From assembly GCA_903864435.1 (NCBI GenBank), contig CAIPFY010000373.1, positions 15,829 to 79,828 on the forward strand: a stretch of DNA of 64,000 bases. The letters run 5' to 3'. The notes below the pieces were generated by a model, which was not told the origin of the DNA, searched no databases, and worked only from the letters and a program-made list of their open reading frames with translations. Shown here piece by piece: positions 59,809 to 64,000 of the stretch (position 1 is its first letter; the number at the start of each line of letters is the position of its first letter). The position numbers and the translations under genes are program-made. This stretch comes from an uncultured Chloroflexota bacterium. GTDB lineage: Bacteria > Chloroflexota > Anaerolineae > Aggregatilineales > Phototrophicaceae.

Positions 59809-61366
59809 CATGTCCCGCACCCGACCCCATATCCTATTCATCGTCCTCGACACGCTGCGCCGCGATCATCTCTCGGCCTATGGCTACCCGCGTGAAACCT
59901 CGCCCGAATTGCAGGCGTTCGCGGCACAGGCGGCGCAGTTTGAACGTGCCGTCGCGCCCGCCCAGTGGACAATCCCTTCCCACGCTTCGATGTTCACCGG
60001 TCTGTACCCCAGCACGCACGGCTTGACGCAGGCCAGCGGTGTGCTGACGGGCGCGTATCCGGCGCTGGCGGAGTTGCTGCGTGGCGCGGGTTATCATACC
60101 GCCGCCTTCTGCAACAATCCGCTGGTGGGCGTGCTGAACAACGGCTTACAGCGCGGCTTTGACCGCTTCTACAACTACGCCAGCGCCGCGCCCTTCCGTC
60201 CGGTGGAAGCCCGCCGCAGTCGTGTGCAGCGCGAAACGCTGCGCCTGTTCCGGCGCTATGTGGCGCGTCCCCTCGGCAACCAGTTTGCACAGTCGGATTT
60301 TCTGTTCCGCGCCTCGCTCAATCCGGCGCTGGTGCCGCTGTGGACGCGCCTGATTAACTACAAAGGCCATACCGGGCATTCGGTGGATGATCTGATCGCC
60401 TACTGGGATCAGCACACCGATAGCGCCTCGGAACGTCCGCTGTTCGCCTTCCTGAACCTGATGGGGGCGCATCTGCCCTACAACCCGCCGCAGGATGCGC
60501 TGGATCGCTTGTCGCCCGAAGTGCGCCGTGACCGCGCCGCCTACGCCTTCGTGCGCCGCTTCAACACCGAGGGCGAACGCTGGGCGAGTCCCACCGACCC
60601 GCCGCTGGCGGACTGGGAACGGGCGGCGCTCGATCATTTCTATGATGCCGAAATCGCCCATCAAGACGCGCATCTGGGGCGGTTGCTGCGCCATCTGAAA
60701 GCGCGGGGTGTGCTGGAGAACACGCTGGTCATCATCTGCGCCGATCATGGCGAAGGGCATGGCGATCACGGATTCTTCGGGCATGGATTCGTCACCTATC
60801 AGGAACTGGTGCATGTCCCGTTGGTCGTCCGTTATCCCGAACAGTATCCGGTGGGCGGGCGCGTGACCGCCACCGTGTCCACGCGGCGGCTGTTCCATAC
60901 GGTGCTGGATGCGGCGGGCGTGCCGTTTGCCGAAGAAGATGACCCGACCGCTACCGCCCGCGCCCTGTCGTTGGCGAACGAGACTTCCGGCTTAGACCCG
61001 GAGGGCGGTGTGGCCTTGAGCGAGGCCTTCCCGCCGTTGACCTTCCTGAACGTGGTGCAGCACCGCGCCCCGGCGCTGATCGAACGGCTACGGTTGTCGC
61101 TGGTGCGGCGGGCGCTGTACGCCGGCGGGCATAAGCTGACGGCGATAGATGGGCAGGTAGAGGGGCTGTTCGATGTGGGGGCAGACCCCACCGAAAGCCA
61201 CGATTTGAGCGCGGCAAACCCTGCCCGTGCCGCCGACCTATTGCGGATGCTCGACCAGCGCGTGACGGCTGCCGCAGGCCGCCGCGCCGATGGGGAAGCG
61301 GCGCAGGCTGCTGCGCCCGATCAGGCGGTGATTGACCACTTGCGGGCGCTAGGCTATATCGAGTGA
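59809..61366 (+). CDS. Sulfatase-like alkaline-phosphatase-superfamily hydrolase/transferase (no formylglycine motif)
   Basis: ILFIVLDTLRRDHLSAYG, then WTIPSHASMFTG where true sulfatases have C/S-x-P-x-R. ADHGEGHGDHG metal site. ATG at 59809. The listed 59108 start is an antisense overlap with the GNAT gene. Confidence 0.8.
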
Positions 61367-61437
61367 CACAAAAAAGCCCCTGATAATGCGAGGGGCAAAA
61401 AAGCATTCGTTACGGTCAGATGGAGCGCGATTCGAGA

Positions 61438-62070
61438 TTACTCAATCGGCTCTTTGTAGATGATGTAGCGGCCAATGTCCTCGCCCTTGCCGATGCAGGT
61501 CGAGAGGTCAACCTTGAACTCGCGCCCGCCGGACACCCAGCGCAGACCTTCTTGCAGCAAGCCCTGACCGACATAGCACACGGCGCGATCGGTCTTGCGC
61601 CCCCAGCACATCGGGCAGCGTTCCAGCGTGTAGATGATGCGGTCATCACCTTCTTCGAGTACGTTGGAAACCTGGTCGCTGAACTGCGAGAAGATGTTCG
61701 CCATCGCCGGCACGCCCACCTTCAACTTGGCGCTGAGGGGCAGCACTTTGAAGGCCAGATCGCCCACGCCGGCCAGCGCGCCGAAACCGCGCAGCGCGTC
61801 TGCGAACAGCGTGCGCCCCACGCGCAGCGCCAACCCGCGCCCGCCACGAGGGCCGTACATTTCTTCCAGCGCCACGCATAACGCGGTGAAATCGGCGAAG
61901 TCGAAGGCTTTGTCCAGATTGTCAATCGGATAGTTGCCGATCAAGTTATCCAGTTGAGCCAGATGCAGCACGGCGTTCAGGCCGTTCTTGCCCATGACTT
62001 CTTCCATCGCGTCGAGGAAAATGCGAGCAAACTTGTTCGGGTAGTAATAACCACTTTTTTGCGGAGCCAT
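61438..62070 (-). CDS. V4R (4-vinyl reductase) domain protein
   Basis: 210 aa. ...RIIYTLERCPMCWGRKTDRAVCYVGQGLLQEGLRWVSGG... is typical of V4R small-molecule-binding domains. Confidence 0.7.
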   Translation of the reverse strand: MAPQKSGYYYPNKFARIFLDAMEEVMGKNGLNAVLHLAQLDNLIGNYPIDNLDKAFDFADFTALCVALEEMYGPRGGRGLALRVGRTLFADALRGFGALAGVGDLAFKVLPLSAKLKVGVPAMANIFSQFSDQVSNVLEEGDDRIIYTLERCPMCWGRKTDRAVCYVGQGLLQEGLRWVSGGREFKVDLSTCIGKGEDIGRYIIYKEPIE

Positions 62071-62177
62071 TACACGCCTCCCATCGGGTGCAATCGGAAT
62101 AGCGAACAGTTTAACACAAACTGCGAATCACCGCAGGTTTGAAAGTTTGATTCAGGCACATTCGGAATTGGGGGCAA

Positions 62178-62287
62178 GAGTCCCCACCCCTACCCCTTGC
62201 TCGGAGGGGAAAAGAGGTTCTCACGTCTTTGTATTCCCCCCCCCTTGCCCCATGTATGGGGATAAGGGGACGGGGGATAGGGGACTC
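62178..62287. repeat. Inverted pair of motif a copies (MITE-like hairpin-forming element)
   Basis: A forward motif a-like copy (GAGTCCCCACCCCTACCCCTT) lies at 62178-62198. A reverse copy at 62253-62287 is an exact 35-nt reverse complement of 11994-12028. Confidence 0.75.
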
Positions 62288-62298
62288 TTTCCGCCCCG

Positions 62299-63171
62299 TC
62301 AAATCGTTTCGGCGAAGTACGATTGCCAGTTGTAGGCCGGTGTGAAGCCCAGTACCCGCGCCGCCTTGTGCGTATCCAGCAGCGAACGATCCCCCTTCAG
62401 GCTGTCGCGGATTTCGGTATCCGGGAAGTTCGTGTGGACTAGCGCGGCGCTGTCGGTTTTCATGCACGAATTGGCTGCGCTGATGAAAAAGGCTTCATGC
62501 CCGTGCAGGGTAGTCCCCGCCGCATCCAGCGCCAGACGGCAGGCGCGGGCCGCGTCGCGGGTGTCCACATAGCTCCACAGGTTACTCGCGCCGTCCTCCG
62601 GCTTATCCCAGAAGGGGACGATCTGCGCTTTGAACGACTCCGGCGTGTGTATCCACGGGAAGCGCAGGCTGACCACTGTCATCTTGCCGTTGGTGCGCCG
62701 CACGGTGGCCGCCGCGATTTCCTCGCCAAAGTATTTCGACAGGCCATAGGCATCCTGCGGCAGACGCGGGTGCGCTTCGTCAATCGGCACATACTTGGGC
62801 GCTAAGGGGGCGCTGTAGAACGGGAAGCCCAGCACTGACACGCTGGAAGCATACACCACGCGGTTAATTCCCAGTGTGACCGCCGCCTCGAACACATTGA
62901 AGGCCGCCATCACGTTCACGCGGAACACCTGCTCCGGCGTGTCGTAGATTGGGCGGGGGATGGCCGCCAGATGCACAATCGCCTGTGCGCCCGTCAGCAC
63001 CTCGTAGCACTGACCGAGGTCGGTCAGGTCGGCCAGTTTGTAGGCGCAAAGGGGCTGTGAGGGCGCAACACGGTCTACACTCAGCACATCGTACCTGTGC
63101 GCCACCAGTTCGCGCACCACCGCGCTCCCCGCCAGCCCGCTGCCCCCGGTCACTACGATTCGTTGTCCCAT
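62299..63171 (-). CDS. NAD-dependent epimerase/dehydratase (extended SDR)
   Basis: VTGGSGLAGSAV (GxxGxxG) and YGLSK (YxxxK). Confidence 0.85.
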   Translation of the reverse strand: MGQRIVVTGGSGLAGSAVVRELVAHRYDVLSVDRVAPSQPLCAYKLADLTDLGQCYEVLTGAQAIVHLAAIPRPIYDTPEQVFRVNVMAAFNVFEAAVTLGINRVVYASSVSVLGFPFYSAPLAPKYVPIDEAHPRLPQDAYGLSKYFGEEIAAATVRRTNGKMTVVSLRFPWIHTPESFKAQIVPFWDKPEDGASNLWSYVDTRDAARACRLALDAAGTTLHGHEAFFISAANSCMKTDSAALVHTNFPDTEIRDSLKGDRSLLDTHKAARVLGFTPAYNWQSYFAETI

Positions 63172-63209
63172 ACGGATGTTCCTTCCTCGATCCTCGATGT
63201 GTGCTGCGA

Positions 63210-64000
63210 TTAGAGTTCGCGTGCCGAAGCGATGGTGCGTTCCAGCAGCGCCTGCGCCCGCGCCCGCAGCGGTTCGCTGATGGTCGGAATGCCCGGTATC
63301 TCCAGCAGCAACCGCGCCGCAATCCCGCCGTAGCTCCCTGCGATACGCGCATCACCGCTTTGCTGCCAGCCCACGCACAGCCCGCCGCCGAAAGCGTTCC
63401 CCGCGCCTGTCGGGTCTACGACTTCATCCACCGGCACAGGGGGAATATGCCATAGCCGATCTTCGGCCTGCGACCACAGGTATGCGCCATGCGCCCCGTG
63501 CCGGATGGCAACTAGCTTCGTACCCAGTTTCGTCCAGTATTTAAGGACTTCACGCGGTTCGCTGCTTCCGGCGATGCCGCTGGCGGACGGCCAATCCGGT
63601 GTGACCACATCCACCTGCGGCAGCAGATTCAGGATGTCCTGCCGGTTCGTCCACTGTTTGTAGTCTATGATCGGTTCGAGCGAGAACAGGCAGCCCGTTG
63701 CCGCTTTCATCTCCAGCGCCGAGCCGACCATCGCAGTATCTACCCATTCGGTGATGAGGTGGATGGCCTTCGCCGTCCGGTACGAGTCCGGCACGGGGAT
63801 GGGCGTGCGCATCATGGTCATCCATGCGTCCGGGGCACGGATGCCTTCCGCGATCAGGTATTCGTCCACATCGTATTCGAGGAAGGTGTGCGGCGTGGGC
63901 AGATGCGCCATGCGCCGCCACCCCGCGAGGTCTGCCCCCATCGCCTCCAGTTCCGCCACGAAGCGCGGTTCGATGTCCACACCCGAACGACTGAGGAAGC
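63210..64000 (-). CDS. PfkB-family carbohydrate kinase, N-terminus beyond window end
   Basis: VVDPTGAGNAFGGG (the DxxGAGD-type ATP/anion-hole motif) and VAIRHGAHGAY. The frame stays open upstream of the listed GTG at 63980 to the window edge. Confidence 0.75.
   Translation of the reverse strand, partial: FLSRSGVDIEPRFVAELEAMGADLAGWRRMAHLPTPHTFLEYDVDEYLIAEGIRAPDAWMTMMRTPIPVPDSYRTAKAIHLITEWVDTAMVGSALEMKAATGCLFSLEPIIDYKQWTNRQDILNLLPQVDVVTPDWPSASGIAGSSEPREVLKYWTKLGTKLVAIRHGAHGAYLWSQAEDRLWHIPPVPVDEVVDPTGAGNAFGGGLCVGWQQSGDARIAGSYGGIAARLLLEIPGIPTISEPLRARAQALLERTIASAREL

Noticed and set aside
61366-61405. Terminator between the sulfatase-like and V4R genes
   Set aside because: There is only a 5-bp GCCCC/GGGGC stem with an 11-nt loop. 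It is flanked by A-runs on both sides but is too weak to call as a feature.

Overview
High-GC (about 60-65% by eye) bacterial chromosomal segment, densely coding, with about 50 protein genes. I found no rRNA, tRNA or CRISPR array. The gene content (many multi-GAF/PAS sensor kinases, Hanks kinases with PP2C and FHA partners, a V4R protein, and GC-rich palindromic intergenic repeats that would read as Pro/Gly/Ser-rich peptides) suggests a filamentous Chloroflexota-type genome. That assignment is inference only. Housekeeping genes recognised by motif are bcp, glnA (GSI-alpha type), lysS, trxB, ftsH, a LOG-family protein, an aldo/keto reductase, a tryptophanase-family lyase and a class-III aminotransferase. 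The most unusual region is 29.6-47.7 kb. It holds six same-strand, tightly coupled genes that I read as about 19 GAF-like modules. Five of these proteins have no recognisable output domain, and each ends in a short stub that looks like the start of another GAF. The sixth is a 2402-aa hybrid histidine kinase with one degenerate and one canonical receiver. It is followed by a threonine-synthase-like PLP enzyme fused to a C-terminal receiver domain and then by an aminotransferase. Other notable items:
- A STAS-amidohydrolase fusion.
- A sensor kinase paralog lacking the phospho-acceptor His.
- A PyrK/PyrD-like pair lacking canonical catalytic motifs.
- A PP2C-kinase-glnA unit with an ATGA overlap.
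- A sigma / soluble HxxxCxxC anti-sigma / trxB cluster.
- An IS607-type element whose tnpB is reduced to its last ~47 codons.
- A dispersed family of nested-palindrome intergenic repeats, including a 35-nt exact inverted match 50 kb apart.

All functional calls come from motif recognition by eye. No database search was run.
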